DNA of 60,463 nucleotides, the filler included. It is 4 parts of 4 records of this genome, joined end to end, with 100 filler letters (N's around TTAATTAATTAA, not from the genome) between each part and the next. Parts side by side here need not be neighbours in the genome. Positions count along the whole stretch, not along the records: positions 38,669 to 60,463 come from SRR2962707_457; 3 more parts are not named here. One strand, written 5' to 3'. Shown piece by piece: positions 43,864-54,692 of the stretch. The notes beneath the pieces were generated by a model. That model ran no database searches. It saw only the letters and a list, made by a program, of their open reading frames with translations, and had not been told where the DNA came from. The position numbers were made by a program, and so were the translations under genes. Every line of letters starts with the position of its first letter. Positions within the stretch are counted from its first letter, which is position 1.

Positions 43864-44907
43864 CTAATCGATTTCCCTCGTTGAATAATCAATGGAGGGT
43901 AGGGTGATTGACGTTAAAACCGTGTTTTTGTTTTCGTTCTTTATTTCAAATTTGGCGGCCTCCCCAAATATCAGCTCCAGCCGTTTGCTCGTATTGGCCA
44001 GTCCGAATCCCTCTTTCACATCTATCGCCTTGGATAACTGACCCGTATTACGGATTTGAAGCAGCAGTTGTTTCCTTTTTACGATAGTGGTTATGCTGAT
44101 TTCTCCTCCGTGCTTCAGGTTAGAAATGCCATGTTTAATGCCATTCTCCACTAAAGTCTGCAACATCAAGGGTGGAATCATGAATTTCCCCGAGTTGCGG
44201 TCAATGTTAAATTTGGTGACCAGCCGCTCCTCATAGCGAATGGATTCAAGCGCCAGATAGTCCATGACTGTCTTCAGTTCGTCCATAAATGGAATCAATT
44301 TTTTCCGATCGCTCATAAGCGAATTTCTCAGGATGTGAGAAAGCTGGGTGATGGACTCTTTTGACTTTCGGGGGTTTTCATCTACCAGCGCTCGTATACT
44401 GTTGAGTGCATTGAAAATAAAGTGGGGGTTTAGCTGCGCCTTTAGGTTTTTCAGCTCCACCTCCCGTGCGGCTGTTTCTGCCTTCAGGGATTTATTATAC
44501 CGTTCTACATAGTGAAAAGTGAAGTAAAAAATCACCCAGATAAAATAAACAACCCAATATCCCAGCGTATTGATAAGCACCGTCAAAAACATCAGGTCTT
44601 GCCTGGAAATACTACTGTTGATGTATTCAATAATCAGCAAATACCCATAGTTCAATCCACTTAGCAAAAAGGTGGTGATCAGCAGGCGTGGAATAAGATA
44701 GCTAAGCCTTAGATTAAGCCATCCTCTTCGTATGATTACGCTTCTCAAAAAATGAGTGGTGGCAATGAAGTATATCACCTGATATAAGACACCTATTACC
44801 TGATCGGGATCAAAGCCCTGTGCAATCGTATAGAGGAAAATCTGGATAAATCCATAGATCCCCCAGCCCAATAGTTGGCACAGCCAGTATATCCGTGTCT
44901 TAGTCAT
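43864..44907 (-). CDS. LytS/YehU-type membrane sensor histidine kinase
   Basis: N-terminal TM helices, LKAQLNPHFIFNALN, PPLMLQTLVENGIKHG, GFGLAN. Confidence 0.95.
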   Translation of the reverse strand: MTKTRIYWLCQLLGWGIYGFIQIFLYTIAQGFDPDQVIGVLYQVIYFIATTHFLRSVIIRRGWLNLRLSYLIPRLLITTFLLSGLNYGYLLIIEYINSSISRQDLMFLTVLINTLGYWVVYFIWVIFYFTFHYVERYNKSLKAETAAREVELKNLKAQLNPHFIFNALNSIRALVDENPRKSKESITQLSHILRNSLMSDRKKLIPFMDELKTVMDYLALESIRYEERLVTKFNIDRNSGKFMIPPLMLQTLVENGIKHGISNLKHGGEISITTIVKRKQLLLQIRNTGQLSKAIDVKEGFGLANTSKRLELIFGEAAKFEIKNENKNTVLTSITLPSIDYSTREID

Positions 44908-45101
44908 GAGCGGATAAAGCTAATGAAGTGCTAAATATTTTCTCAGGAGAATTATCACAGGAGCATGAATGTGTGGATGAGTGGTTTTTTAACAAATTAT
45001 TAACTAAAACCCCTGATGAATTAATGAGATTTAACAAACCCGGGCAGTTATTCGTCGTAAAGAGGAACAGGACTAAACTCAAATTAAAAGGTTAAAAAAC
45101 A

Positions 45102-45404
45102 ATGAAATCACTACTCTTACTGCTAATGCTCAGTGGTTCTATTTTACTCGGAGCTGCTGACACATCCATGCAATCCAATCAAGGATTGAGAATGCAAGTT
45201 GACACAGATCTGGTTTTTCAGAAAATGGTAAAAGTGTATAGCTACGATGGATGGCTCATCAAAGAGTTTCCACTCAATGATGTGGCCAATAATGACATCA
45301 GCGTGGCTGATCATTTAATTCTGGAAGAAAGCGATTTTGCTTTCGACCATCGTGGAGACTATTACTATTTCGGGGATGCCGGTGTTGAGGCGCTTATAAA
45401 TTAA
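45102..45404 (+). CDS. Small exported hypothetical protein
   Basis: Signal-peptide-like N-terminus, A-rich translation start; divergent from the kinase. Confidence 0.65.
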   Translation: MKSLLLLLMLSGSILLGAADTSMQSNQGLRMQVDTDLVFQKMVKVYSYDGWLIKEFPLNDVANNDISVADHLILEESDFAFDHRGDYYYFGDAGVEALIN

Positions 45405-48228
45405 GCTCTTCTTTCAGGAATTTGGCAGTGTAGCTGCCTTCTACCTTCGCGATCTCTTCCGGGGTGCCCTGGGCAATGATTTGTCCTCCGGCAAAACCTC
45501 CCTCCGGACCCAGATCGATGATGTAATCTGCCACCTTAATCACATCCATATTGTGCTCAATGATCAGCACCGTATTCCCTTTATTTACCAGCTTCTGCAA
45601 TACATCCAGCAGGTGTTCTATATCCTGAAAATGTAGTCCGGTGGTAGGCTCATCGAGGATGTAAAAAGTCTTGCCAGTATCTTTCTTCGAAAGTTCAGTT
45701 GCCAGCTTTACACGTTGTGCTTCTCCCCCGGATAGTGTGGTGGCATGCTGCCCCAATGAAATGTAGCCGAGCCCTACTTCATCAAGTGTTTTAAGCTTTC
45801 GAACAATTCGTGGCTGATTTTCAAAAAACTCTACTGATTGAGAGACTGTCATATCAAGTACATCAGATATTGACTTGCCTTTAAACCTTACCTCCAAAGT
45901 TTCTCGATTATATCGTTTGCCTTTACACGTTTCGCATGGTACCAGCACATCCGGCAAAAAGTCCATTTCGATCACACGCATACCTCCTCCTCCGCAAGTC
46001 TCACACCGTCCGCCTTTCACGTTAAAAGAAAATCTTCCGGGTTTGTAGCCCCGGATTTTCGCCTCAGGCAATTGTGCAAACAAGCTCCTGATTTCAGAGA
46101 AAACTCCTGTATAAGTTGCCGGGTTGGATCTTGGGGTTCGACCGATCGGAGACTGATCTACCTCGATGATCTTGTCAAAATGCTCAATCCCATTGATTTT
46201 CTTGTACGCCAACGGCTCCTGACGGCTTTTGTATAAATGCTGACGTAGAATCGGATACAGTGTATCATGAATTAATGTTGACTTACCACTTCCTGAAACA
46301 CCCGTAACCAAAATCAGATTTCCAAGCGGCAATTTCAAGTCTACCTCCTTTAGGTTATGACCAGATGCTCCGTACAACTCAAGCCACTTTCCGTTTGTGC
46401 CTCTCCGTTCTGCAGGTATTTCTATTTTTCTTATGCCTTTCAGGTAATCAGCGGTGGAGCTACCAAGCTCGAGAAACTCTTTAGGACTTCCTTTTGCGAC
46501 AATGTGGCCTCCATGTCTGCCGGCACCCGGCCCAATATCCACGACCTCATCGGATGCCATCATCATGTCCTTGTCGTGCTCTACGACGATGACGGTATTT
46601 CCCAGATCACGCAGGTCTTTTAGTGCCTGGATCAATTTAACATTGTCACGCTGGTGCAAACCAATGCTTGGTTCATCCAAAATATAAAGCACATTTACCA
46701 GCTGGGTGCCAATCTGTGTCGCTAGTCGAATTCGCTGAGCCTCTCCTCCGGATAGTGTTTTCAAGGGTCGATTGAGGCTCAAATAATCCAATCCGACATC
46801 CAGTAAAAAGCCAATTCGCTTTCGAAGCTCTTTGAGGATTTCTGTTGCAATCACCAACTGACGCTCATTGAGACGATCCTCCAGACCAACCATCCATTCA
46901 CCCAATCCCTTGATATCCATCTCCGCCAGCTCGCCAATATGCTTATCAGCGATTTTGTAATGAAGAGCTTCTTTTTTGAGTCGGTACCCGTTACAGCTTG
47001 GGCAGGTTCTGGTATCCGTGAATTCTTTCACCCAGGCTTGAATTTTCTCCGAGCCACCGTCTTTTTGCTTCTCCAGAAAATTGATGATCCCCTCGAACTT
47101 GGTATGCCAGTCTGTGCCCGGATATTTGACTGAGCTGACAGCCACCGGAACACTATCCCCGTAAAGCAACACATCAATTATTTCTTCAGGGATTTTATTT
47201 ATTGGAGTGGAAAGGTTGACTTTATTTCTTTTCAGGATCGCATCAATCTTCTTGAAAATCCAGATGTCGCGATAATCCCCCAGCGGGGCAATTCCTCCGC
47301 GGCTGATACTTAATGAAGGATCAGGGATGACTGATTCCTTTGAGATTTCTTCGATGATGCCTAAGCCGTTGCACTCCTGACATGCACCATAGGGTGAGTT
47401 GAATGAAAAGGTATTCGGTGCTGGCTCATCATAGGCCAGTCCTGTTTCAGGATCCATCAAGTTTTTAGAGAAATGAGAAATGGTGCCATCCTCTTTTTGA
47501 ATCATCATTACCCCGTCACCATGCCGCAGGGAAGTGTTTATGGATTCACGAATCCGCTTTTTATCCTTTTCGGAAACTTTGATCCGGTCAATGACAATTT
47601 CAATATCATGTGTTTTGTATCGGTCCACCTGCATCTTCGGCACCAGGTCCTGTACTTCACCATTTACGCGAACCTTCGTAAATCCCAGTTTTCGAATCTG
47701 GACAAAGAGTTCACGATAATGCCCTTTCCGGCCTTTCACCACGGGGGCCAATAACACCAGTTTTTGACCGTCATAGCTTTTCAGGATCATTTCGATGATT
47801 TGATCCTCAGACTGTCGGGTCATTTTATTCCCTGAAAGATAGGAGTATGCTTCTCCTGCGCGGGCATAGAGCAAACGGAAGAAATCATAAATTTCCGTTA
47901 CCGTCCCTACTGTCGATCGGGGATTCCGTGAGGTGGTTTTTTGCTCTATCGAGATAACAGGACTCAGCCCCTCAATCTTGTCTACATCGGGCCGCTCCAT
48001 ATCTCCGATAAAGGCACGGGCATAGGCACTGAAGCTCTCCATGTAGCGCCGCTGACCTTCTGCGTAAATTGTATCAAATGCCAAAGAAGACTTGCCACTG
48101 CCACTGATTCCCGTGATAGTGATGAGCTTGTTTCTCGGAAGCGTCACATCTATATTTTTCAGATTGTGCTCCCTCGCTCCAATTACCTCGATTACTTCCT
48201 CTCGCTTCTTCAATTTTTTTTGTTCCAA
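45394..48228 (-). CDS. uvrA: Excinuclease ABC subunit A
   Basis: GAREHNLKN, two GxSGSGKS and two LSGGEAQR motifs, zinc fingers; TTG start. Confidence 0.98.
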   Translation of the reverse strand: MEQKKLKKREEVIEVIGAREHNLKNIDVTLPRNKLITITGISGSGKSSLAFDTIYAEGQRRYMESFSAYARAFIGDMERPDVDKIEGLSPVISIEQKTTSRNPRSTVGTVTEIYDFFRLLYARAGEAYSYLSGNKMTRQSEDQIIEMILKSYDGQKLVLLAPVVKGRKGHYRELFVQIRKLGFTKVRVNGEVQDLVPKMQVDRYKTHDIEIVIDRIKVSEKDKKRIRESINTSLRHGDGVMMIQKEDGTISHFSKNLMDPETGLAYDEPAPNTFSFNSPYGACQECNGLGIIEEISKESVIPDPSLSISRGGIAPLGDYRDIWIFKKIDAILKRNKVNLSTPINKIPEEIIDVLLYGDSVPVAVSSVKYPGTDWHTKFEGIINFLEKQKDGGSEKIQAWVKEFTDTRTCPSCNGYRLKKEALHYKIADKHIGELAEMDIKGLGEWMVGLEDRLNERQLVIATEILKELRKRIGFLLDVGLDYLSLNRPLKTLSGGEAQRIRLATQIGTQLVNVLYILDEPSIGLHQRDNVKLIQALKDLRDLGNTVIVVEHDKDMMMASDEVVDIGPGAGRHGGHIVAKGSPKEFLELGSSTADYLKGIRKIEIPAERRGTNGKWLELYGASGHNLKEVDLKLPLGNLILVTGVSGSGKSTLIHDTLYPILRQHLYKSRQEPLAYKKINGIEHFDKIIEVDQSPIGRTPRSNPATYTGVFSEIRSLFAQLPEAKIRGYKPGRFSFNVKGGRCETCGGGGMRVIEMDFLPDVLVPCETCKGKRYNRETLEVRFKGKSISDVLDMTVSQSVEFFENQPRIVRKLKTLDEVGLGYISLGQHATTLSGGEAQRVKLATELSKKDTGKTFYILDEPTTGLHFQDIEHLLDVLQKLVNKGNTVLIIEHNMDVIKVADYIIDLGPEGGFAGGQIIAQGTPEEIAKVEGSYTAKFLKEELNL

Positions 48229-48957
48229 TTAGAAGTTTGGACTCAGGTTGTATTTGGTATAGAATTCGTCAATGACATCCACTGCCTCTGTAGCTGTATC
48301 TACCACATGAAAAAGGTCCAGATCTGTTTCGCTGATATTGCCAATCTCCAGCATGGTCTTCTTCAGCCAGTCCACCAGGCCCGACCAAAACTCACGACCC
48401 ACAAGAACGATTGGAAACTGCCCGATTTTTTTGGTTTGGATCAGGGTTAATGCCTCGAATAATTCATCCATCGTTCCAAACCCACCCGGAAGCACAATAA
48501 AGCCCTGGGAATATTTCACGAACATGACTTTGCGAACAAAGAAGTAATCGAAATCGATGCTCTTGTCTCTGTCAATATAGATGTTGTTGTTTTGCTCAAA
48601 AGGAAGGTCAATGTTCAGACCTACGGACTTACCACCCTGGGCATTGGCTCCTTTGTTACCGGCTTCCATGATACCTGGTCCTCCCCCGGTAATTACCCCA
48701 TATCCATGACGGACCACCTTCGCTGCAATCTCTTCAGCTATTTTGTAATATTTGTCATCCGGCTTGGTCCTTGCTGAACCAAAAATGGATACACAAGGTC
48801 CAATCTTAGCCATCTTCTCAAAGCCCTGGACAAACTCGCCCATTACCTTGAAAATTACCCAGGAGTCCGCACTCTTTATTTCATTCCAGTCTTTCTCTTT
48901 GAAGGCCTCCAGTATGCGAGCTTCCTCCTCTCTGGAAATTGATTTCTTTTCTTCCAT
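48229..48957 (-). CDS. LOG family (TIGR00730) nucleotide monophosphate nucleosidase
   Basis: FGSART, TGGGPGIMEA.N.GA, FFVRK, PGGFGTMDELFE. Confidence 0.93.
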   Translation of the reverse strand: MEEKKSISREEEARILEAFKEKDWNEIKSADSWVIFKVMGEFVQGFEKMAKIGPCVSIFGSARTKPDDKYYKIAEEIAAKVVRHGYGVITGGGPGIMEAGNKGANAQGGKSVGLNIDLPFEQNNNIYIDRDKSIDFDYFFVRKVMFVKYSQGFIVLPGGFGTMDELFEALTLIQTKKIGQFPIVLVGREFWSGLVDWLKKTMLEIGNISETDLDLFHVVDTATEAVDVIDEFYTKYNLSPNF

Positions 48958-48960
48958 TCG

Positions 48961-49887
48961 CTATTGTAGTAAGTCTTGCAGCGCATCGTCTAACGCTGCA
49001 AATTGAAAATTAAATCCCGTGTCCTCTATTTTCTTGCTGGACACGCGATTGCCACCGACTAATATATCCGACATTTCGCCCACAATCAATCGGAGCGCAA
49101 ATTTAGGAACATTCGGCAGCCAAAGTGGCCTTCCCAACTTACTTGCTACTGATTTGGTGAATTCTTTGTTGGTTTTAGGATTTGGTGCTACTCCATTAAA
49201 TACTCCACCAATAGCATTTTGGAGCAAATGTGAAAATATACCACACAGATCCTTAATGTGGATCCAGCTCATATACTGCCTTCCGGATCCGAGTGGAGCA
49301 CCCACACCAAACCTGATTGGCTTGGCCATTTCTACCAGAGCTCCGCCTTTTTCACTCAAAACAATCCCAATTCTTACTTTCGAAGTTTTGATCTTTAGCT
49401 TTTCAAATTCATCAACTTCTTTCTCCCAATCCTCCACAACATCAGCTAAAAAGCCCTCACCTTTAGCGGTGGACTCATCAACCAGTTGATCCCCTGTATC
49501 CCATCCGTATAGCCCTACTGCCGAGGCAGAAATGAAATGTTTAAGGCTCGGATTCAATTCTTTTACTTTCTCTCTAAGCAAACGAGTAGAATCAATGCGG
49601 CTATCATAAATCTCTTTTTTCCATGCATCTGACCATCTTTTGTCAGACACTCCGGCACCAGCAAGGTGAATGATCACATCTGCAGACGTGATTGCCTCAT
49701 CATCTATTTCCCCTTTTTTTACATCCCAGTAGAATGTCTGGTAATGTTTTTGCGTTGGATTGCGGGAAAGGTGTGTCACTTTGTAACCGGACGATGTGAG
49801 TAACTTGCTCAGCTCAGTGCCTACCAGTCCTGAACCTCCGGTGATAAGCACCGTTTTGATTGAGTCGTTTAGTTTTGTTGAAGTCAT
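48961..49887 (-). CDS. TIGR01777 (YfcH-like) NAD-dependent epimerase family protein
   Basis: LITGGSGLVG, HLAGA, SASAVG.YG, LGSGRQYMSWIH. Confidence 0.93.
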   Translation of the reverse strand: MTSTKLNDSIKTVLITGGSGLVGTELSKLLTSSGYKVTHLSRNPTQKHYQTFYWDVKKGEIDDEAITSADVIIHLAGAGVSDKRWSDAWKKEIYDSRIDSTRLLREKVKELNPSLKHFISASAVGLYGWDTGDQLVDESTAKGEGFLADVVEDWEKEVDEFEKLKIKTSKVRIGIVLSEKGGALVEMAKPIRFGVGAPLGSGRQYMSWIHIKDLCGIFSHLLQNAIGGVFNGVAPNPKTNKEFTKSVASKLGRPLWLPNVPKFALRLIVGEMSDILVGGNRVSSKKIEDTGFNFQFAALDDALQDLLQ

Positions 49888-50461
49888 GAATACACGCGTT
49901 TATAAACATACTCTCGGATGCCTTTTTTTGTTCACCCTGACAGTGGGTTTTGCGCAAAAAAAGTACTCACCGAAAGCTACTGCTACACAATTATCTCTGG
50001 AAGGTAAGGCTTTAAAAGGGTATACCACAAACTTTGATTTTGGTTGGGAAGAGGTGAGAAGAGGGTGGTGGGAGTATGCAAGAGGATTTGGCGCTCCGTT
50101 AAATATGAAAACCTATTACAAGGTGACCGTGCCATCACAGATTAGTGACGCTAACGTTGATATCGAAATCTTCACACAAACCACAGATGGTAACGGGGGC
50201 TCAGATTTCTTTCTGGGTGTAGAAAATGAAAAGTATAATGAGCAGGCCCTAGCCATGATACTGGATTTCAAAAAGGAGTTTTACATCAAGGATTTAGTAG
50301 GGCGAATAGAGGATAAGCAAGAAAAAGCTGATGACTTAAGCGATGAGTATCGGGATGCTGCCTTAGAGACGAAGAAGCAGGAATTGTTGAATCAGATTGC
50401 GGAAATTGAGAAGGAGATCGAGGGGCTAAAAGCAGAAATTAAAATGATAGAAAAAAAATAG
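49886..50461 (+). CDS. Exported hypothetical protein with C-terminal coiled coil
   Basis: Signal peptide ending GFA-Q, typical of Bacteroidota; E/K-rich heptads. Confidence 0.7.
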   Translation: MNTRVYKHTLGCLFLFTLTVGFAQKKYSPKATATQLSLEGKALKGYTTNFDFGWEEVRRGWWEYARGFGAPLNMKTYYKVTVPSQISDANVDIEIFTQTTDGNGGSDFFLGVENEKYNEQALAMILDFKKEFYIKDLVGRIEDKQEKADDLSDEYRDAALETKKQELLNQIAEIEKEIEGLKAEIKMIEKK

Positions 50462-50484
50462 GTTCCAATCTGGAACCTATTTTT
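50454..50484. terminator. Bidirectional intrinsic terminator
   Basis: AAAAATAGGTTCCA-ATC-TGGAACCTATTTTT between convergent genes. Confidence 0.85.
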
Positions 50485-50510
50485 CACTATGCTTTAAATG
50501 ATGACTGTCT

Positions 50511-53300
50511 TTAGAAATCGTATGTGTATTTCAGTGTAAATAACCTCCCTGGTCTTTGGTCAGAGAATAGCGCTTCTTCACTTCCATTTTTGTATACGAG
50601 TTCATTATTGTCGTTCAAAATGTTTGTCACTCTCAAACTCAAATTGGATCGGTCAGTGATGTTTTTAGAAACTTTAAAATTCAGCGAGTGGAATGGCTTG
50701 GTGTACACTTCAGGTACCCTGGCTGCACTAACAAATGTAAGCGTCTCTCCCTGCACATTGTATGAAAGTGTAGCTGACAAGTCCTGATTTGGCATTTCAT
50801 AACTTAAAAATGTGTTGATAGAAAAAGGAGCTTGTAAACTCATGTTTCTGTATCGATCCACACCAACCTCAGTCCCTCTAAAGTTTACTTCACTCTCATA
50901 CTCATTCTCACCTGTCTCACTTACGGTTACTGTAGTTCTATCTACTCTAGAGATGGTGTAAGAATAGTTTCCTCCGATATTGAAATTATCTAATCGTGAA
51001 TCAATAAAGCCCAAACGTTTTCTAAATTCCACTTCTGTACCGTAAGCAACAGCCTCACCTACGTTCCGAGGAGTTACTTGATTCGGCGCTACATCAAATG
51101 CCACTATGGCAATGTGGTTTGTAAAATCTTTATAGAAGAATGATACGGAAGCCATCTCACCCGGAGTGAAGAAATACTCCCACCTTAAATCATAATTTAA
51201 GATTTCTGCTTGCTTGGTATCAATATTTCCAATGAAGAAAATCCCAGTGATTGGATCCGCAATAAATGCTTCAGACTTCTCCTTGAATGACGGACGAGCC
51301 AATGTCTTGTTGAATGAAGCCCTTAAGTTCATGTCCCCATTCAGGTTATAAATCAAGCTCGCTGATGGTAGCAAGTTTGTCTCACTCAACGTCTTTTGAT
51401 CTTCAACTAATTCTGATGAACCATCTGCCTGCTCCACAATTCCAGTGTAGAACATATTGGTGGACTCCAGCCTTACACCATAGATTGACTTCAACTTATC
51501 AGTGATGTTCATTTCGTTCATCACATAGCCGGCGGATATGTTCTGTCTACCATCATATGCGTTACTTGGGTCTGTGCCATTTTGAATGTATAGACCGTAT
51601 GACCTTTCAGGACTGATGACATTTTCAGGAAGTAAATCATTAGGATCAGTGCTGTTCACATTACTCGACAGCAGGTTTCCATATGAATAGTTGTAAACAT
51701 TAAACTCGCGATCGCTGTAAGTGTAAGCTCCACCAAACTTTAACTTATTATTCTTGTTCAGGTCATACTCCAAATCTACCCTGAAGCTTTCATTGATCTC
51801 AGAGAGGTTTCTCCAGAACCTGTTAATAAGTCCTCCGTTTCTGAAGCCAAGTTGACTGTCATCCTCATTAATAGCTGTTTCCCTATAATCAGGCTCATAC
51901 TGTCTCGAGTAAATGATTGAGTTAGCCCATGACAGCTGTAGTTTGTTATTCAATTTGTGCTTACCAAACAAGATATTGTTGCTCATCTGACGTTGTGTAT
52001 ACGTCAGGATATCATTGTATAGGAAAGTTGGGTTATTCAAAGACGAATTACTTCTGGTTCTATCTAGCGCTGAACTCACTCCATTTTGAATGTGCAAAAA
52101 GTTTGTCCCAATGGTAGAATTCTTTGTTTTAGCAGCAACAGAGATTAATCCACTCCAAAGCACCTCATTAGAGGAAAGATCTCCTTTGGCTGTAAAGTCA
52201 CGAACTAAATCCACATCATCGCCTGTACCATCCCGCTCATATCTTCGCCGTTCGAACCCTTCGAAATAATTGATTCTGTTTCGATAGGTAAATAATGCAT
52301 TATAGCCCCATGTTAGTTTTTCTCCTACAATCTGATTTCTGTGGCTGATTGAAAAGCTGCTGTTCATGAAGCTCTTATTTCGCGTACCGGCCAAAGTCGG
52401 ATCAAACAGATTTGTTGTTTCGTTATTCTGTGGTATTTCCTGATTTTCAGCTACAGGCAAATCCCTTTTACCGTTATCAAAGCCCAGGAAATCAGTAGAA
52501 GACCCATTATAACTCAGGTAATTTGAGTTGAAGTGCATATCCGGGTTATACCCTAAACTAAACGAAACAGAGGTGCTTTTTTGATCTGGAAAGCTCTTTG
52601 TCTGAATATCAATCAGTCCTCCAGTAAATGACCCAGTTAGATCAGGAGTAAATGTTTTATATACCAAAACATTTTCCAGTATTCCCGTCGGGAAGATATC
52701 GATCTGAACATCATTTCGATCCGGATCCAGCCCGGGAATTACCATCCCATTGATAGATGTTTTCGTATACCGGTCTCCAAGACCTCTCACATAAACATAT
52801 TTGTCGCCCTGAACAGATACTCCAGTCACTCTTTTCATTGCTCCGGATAGATCACTATCGCCTATTTTTCTGAAGGTGGCTGAAGATATCCCATCAAGTG
52901 TATTGATGGATTTCTTTTGGACAAGTAACACCCCGATATCATTGTCTTTGACTACCTCAGCTGTCACAACAACTTCTCCCAGTTGCTGAACATCTTCTTT
53001 CATCACCATATCCAAAATGGTGGCTTCACCCTCCTCAATTTCTACATCCTCGATTACAATATTTTGAAATCCAATGGATTGGAAAACAATGGTATGCGTT
53101 CCACCTGGCAGAGATAAGGAGTAATTACCATCAAAGTCTGCTACGGCACCCATTGTTGTGCCTTGTTTTACAACGGTAGCCCCAAATAGTGCTTCACCTG
53201 TTGTCTCATCAATTACCTTTCCTCTCAGGTAGCCTTGCTGGGCAAATGCTACACATCCAATTAAATAAAGAAAGCTTAATAAAAGTACGTTTTTTTTCAT
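50511..53300 (-). CDS. TonB-dependent receptor
   Basis: N-terminal carboxypeptidase-regulatory-like domain, plug KRVTGVSV...YVYVRGLGDRY, barrel NYDLRWEYF, terminal YDF. Confidence 0.95.
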   Translation of the reverse strand: MKKNVLLLSFLYLIGCVAFAQQGYLRGKVIDETTGEALFGATVVKQGTTMGAVADFDGNYSLSLPGGTHTIVFQSIGFQNIVIEDVEIEEGEATILDMVMKEDVQQLGEVVVTAEVVKDNDIGVLLVQKKSINTLDGISSATFRKIGDSDLSGAMKRVTGVSVQGDKYVYVRGLGDRYTKTSINGMVIPGLDPDRNDVQIDIFPTGILENVLVYKTFTPDLTGSFTGGLIDIQTKSFPDQKSTSVSFSLGYNPDMHFNSNYLSYNGSSTDFLGFDNGKRDLPVAENQEIPQNNETTNLFDPTLAGTRNKSFMNSSFSISHRNQIVGEKLTWGYNALFTYRNRINYFEGFERRRYERDGTGDDVDLVRDFTAKGDLSSNEVLWSGLISVAAKTKNSTIGTNFLHIQNGVSSALDRTRSNSSLNNPTFLYNDILTYTQRQMSNNILFGKHKLNNKLQLSWANSIIYSRQYEPDYRETAINEDDSQLGFRNGGLINRFWRNLSEINESFRVDLEYDLNKNNKLKFGGAYTYSDREFNVYNYSYGNLLSSNVNSTDPNDLLPENVISPERSYGLYIQNGTDPSNAYDGRQNISAGYVMNEMNITDKLKSIYGVRLESTNMFYTGIVEQADGSSELVEDQKTLSETNLLPSASLIYNLNGDMNLRASFNKTLARPSFKEKSEAFIADPITGIFFIGNIDTKQAEILNYDLRWEYFFTPGEMASVSFFYKDFTNHIAIVAFDVAPNQVTPRNVGEAVAYGTEVEFRKRLGFIDSRLDNFNIGGNYSYTISRVDRTTVTVSETGENEYESEVNFRGTEVGVDRYRNMSLQAPFSINTFLSYEMPNQDLSATLSYNVQGETLTFVSAARVPEVYTKPFHSLNFKVSKNITDRSNLSLRVTNILNDNNELVYKNGSEEALFSDQRPGRLFTLKYTYDF

Positions 53301-53340
53301 CTTGATCTTAAAAAATATTATCGCTTTTTCCCTTTATAAA

Positions 53341-53370
53341 GGAAAAGCACCCCGTTTTCACGGGATGCTT
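53341..53370 (-). terminator. Hairpin or partial terminator between lipoprotein and TonB receptor genes
   Basis: AAGCATCCCG-TGAAAA-CGGGGTGCTT-TT on the minus strand. Confidence 0.65.
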
Positions 53371-53391
53371 ATTTTATTTATTCAGAAAATC

Positions 53392-54630
53392 TTATTCTTC
53401 AAATGAATCAGTGTAAACAGAGTATGCTGCATTAACAGTGGTGAAAACAAGATTTCCGTCTACCACATTCAATGCTGCATCTTCTTCTTCTTCCAATGTC
53501 TCAGTATCAAAAGAAGCTGACAACTTGATTGTTCCACCGTTAGCATTCAAATTAGTGACAGTTCCTCTTGCTTTTGATTTGAAATCACAAGTAATAGAAC
53601 CTCCACCCGTTGCTTGGATTGTTCCATTAGACAAAGTGAAATTATCTCTTGTTCCACCTAGAAGATCACCTTCTCTTCCGTCAATCTCAAGGCCTTCGTC
53701 TGAGTTATCATCTACAGTAACAAGGTAGTTAGAAACAGTGCCGGCATATGACTGATCAATGTCAATTGCATCGTCCCCAACCTGAGTAACTACCAGGTAG
53801 TCAACGTCTACATTTCCACCGAAAAATTCGATTCCATCGTCGCTGTTAGCATAAATCTCAATGTGGTCAATTGTAGTCCCTGAACCAACACCGCCTAAGG
53901 TGAATCCATTGATTTCATCACCTGCGGCAGCATCAATTACAGCACCACCGTGACGGATGGAAATATACTGGTATGTTCCGGAGTTGTCATTGTCAGAATT
54001 ACCACCATAAAGACCGTTAGTGTCGTCAGCGGGTACACCTTCGATTTGAGCAGGAACGGTTTCTTCAGAAATTTTTGCTTTTCCAAGAACCACCAAACCT
54101 CCCCACAAACCTTTGTCTGCAGCAGTAAGTGTTCCGTCATCATCAGTAGTCGTCATGATGATTGGATTTTGTGCTGTTCCTTGGGCCATAAGCTTTCCGC
54201 CTCTGGCAATCATAAGCACTGCAGCATTCACTCCCTGAAGTGAGCTGTTTCCTGTAACTACCGTACCAGCTTCAATTGTAAGTGTTACTCCATCTAGAAC
54301 AGTAATTCTACCATCCAATTGGTGTACCACATCTGCTGACCATGTTGCATCTTCTGAAATGTTAGCAGTGTACTTTACAGTGTCAGGAATAGTCTGAGCT
54401 ACTCGTGCTCCACTCTTAGTGAGCGTCCAATCAAAATTGGAATCATCCGGATCAACACCAGCAGCAGAAGCATCAGTAGATACAACCTGTCCAACTGCAG
54501 CAGCAGCAGCTTCCAAAGCAGCCTGTTGTAGCTCAGCATCTGTAGGTGCAGGAGAACTGTCATCATCACCACATGAAACCATGAATAAGGTTCCTGTGAT
54601 CAACGTTGCGATAGCAAATAATTTTTTCAT
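53392..54630 (-). CDS. Acidic surface lipoprotein with beta-helix-like repeats, partner of the TonB receptor
   Basis: Lipobox MVSC-GDDDS; IARGGKL.A.GT..NPII.T, WGGLVVLG, DNSG...YISIRHGG, EINGFTLGGVGSGT, DDGIEFFGG. Confidence 0.8.
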   Translation of the reverse strand: MKKLFAIATLITGTLFMVSCGDDDSSPAPTDAELQQAALEAAAAAVGQVVSTDASAAGVDPDDSNFDWTLTKSGARVAQTIPDTVKYTANISEDATWSADVVHQLDGRITVLDGVTLTIEAGTVVTGNSSLQGVNAAVLMIARGGKLMAQGTAQNPIIMTTTDDDGTLTAADKGLWGGLVVLGKAKISEETVPAQIEGVPADDTNGLYGGNSDNDNSGTYQYISIRHGGAVIDAAAGDEINGFTLGGVGSGTTIDHIEIYANSDDGIEFFGGNVDVDYLVVTQVGDDAIDIDQSYAGTVSNYLVTVDDNSDEGLEIDGREGDLLGGTRDNFTLSNGTIQATGGGSITCDFKSKARGTVTNLNANGGTIKLSASFDTETLEEEEDAALNVVDGNLVFTTVNAAYSVYTDSFEE

Positions 54631-54692
54631 TTCGTTTTTGCGATTTAAATATTTTGATAGATCAATTTGTACTCGCAAAATTGAAGGCCCAA

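Noticed and set aside
44960-45025. LytTR direct repeats (GATGA cores)
   Set aside because: Cores are short and about 39 nt apart, not a convincing LytTR spacing.
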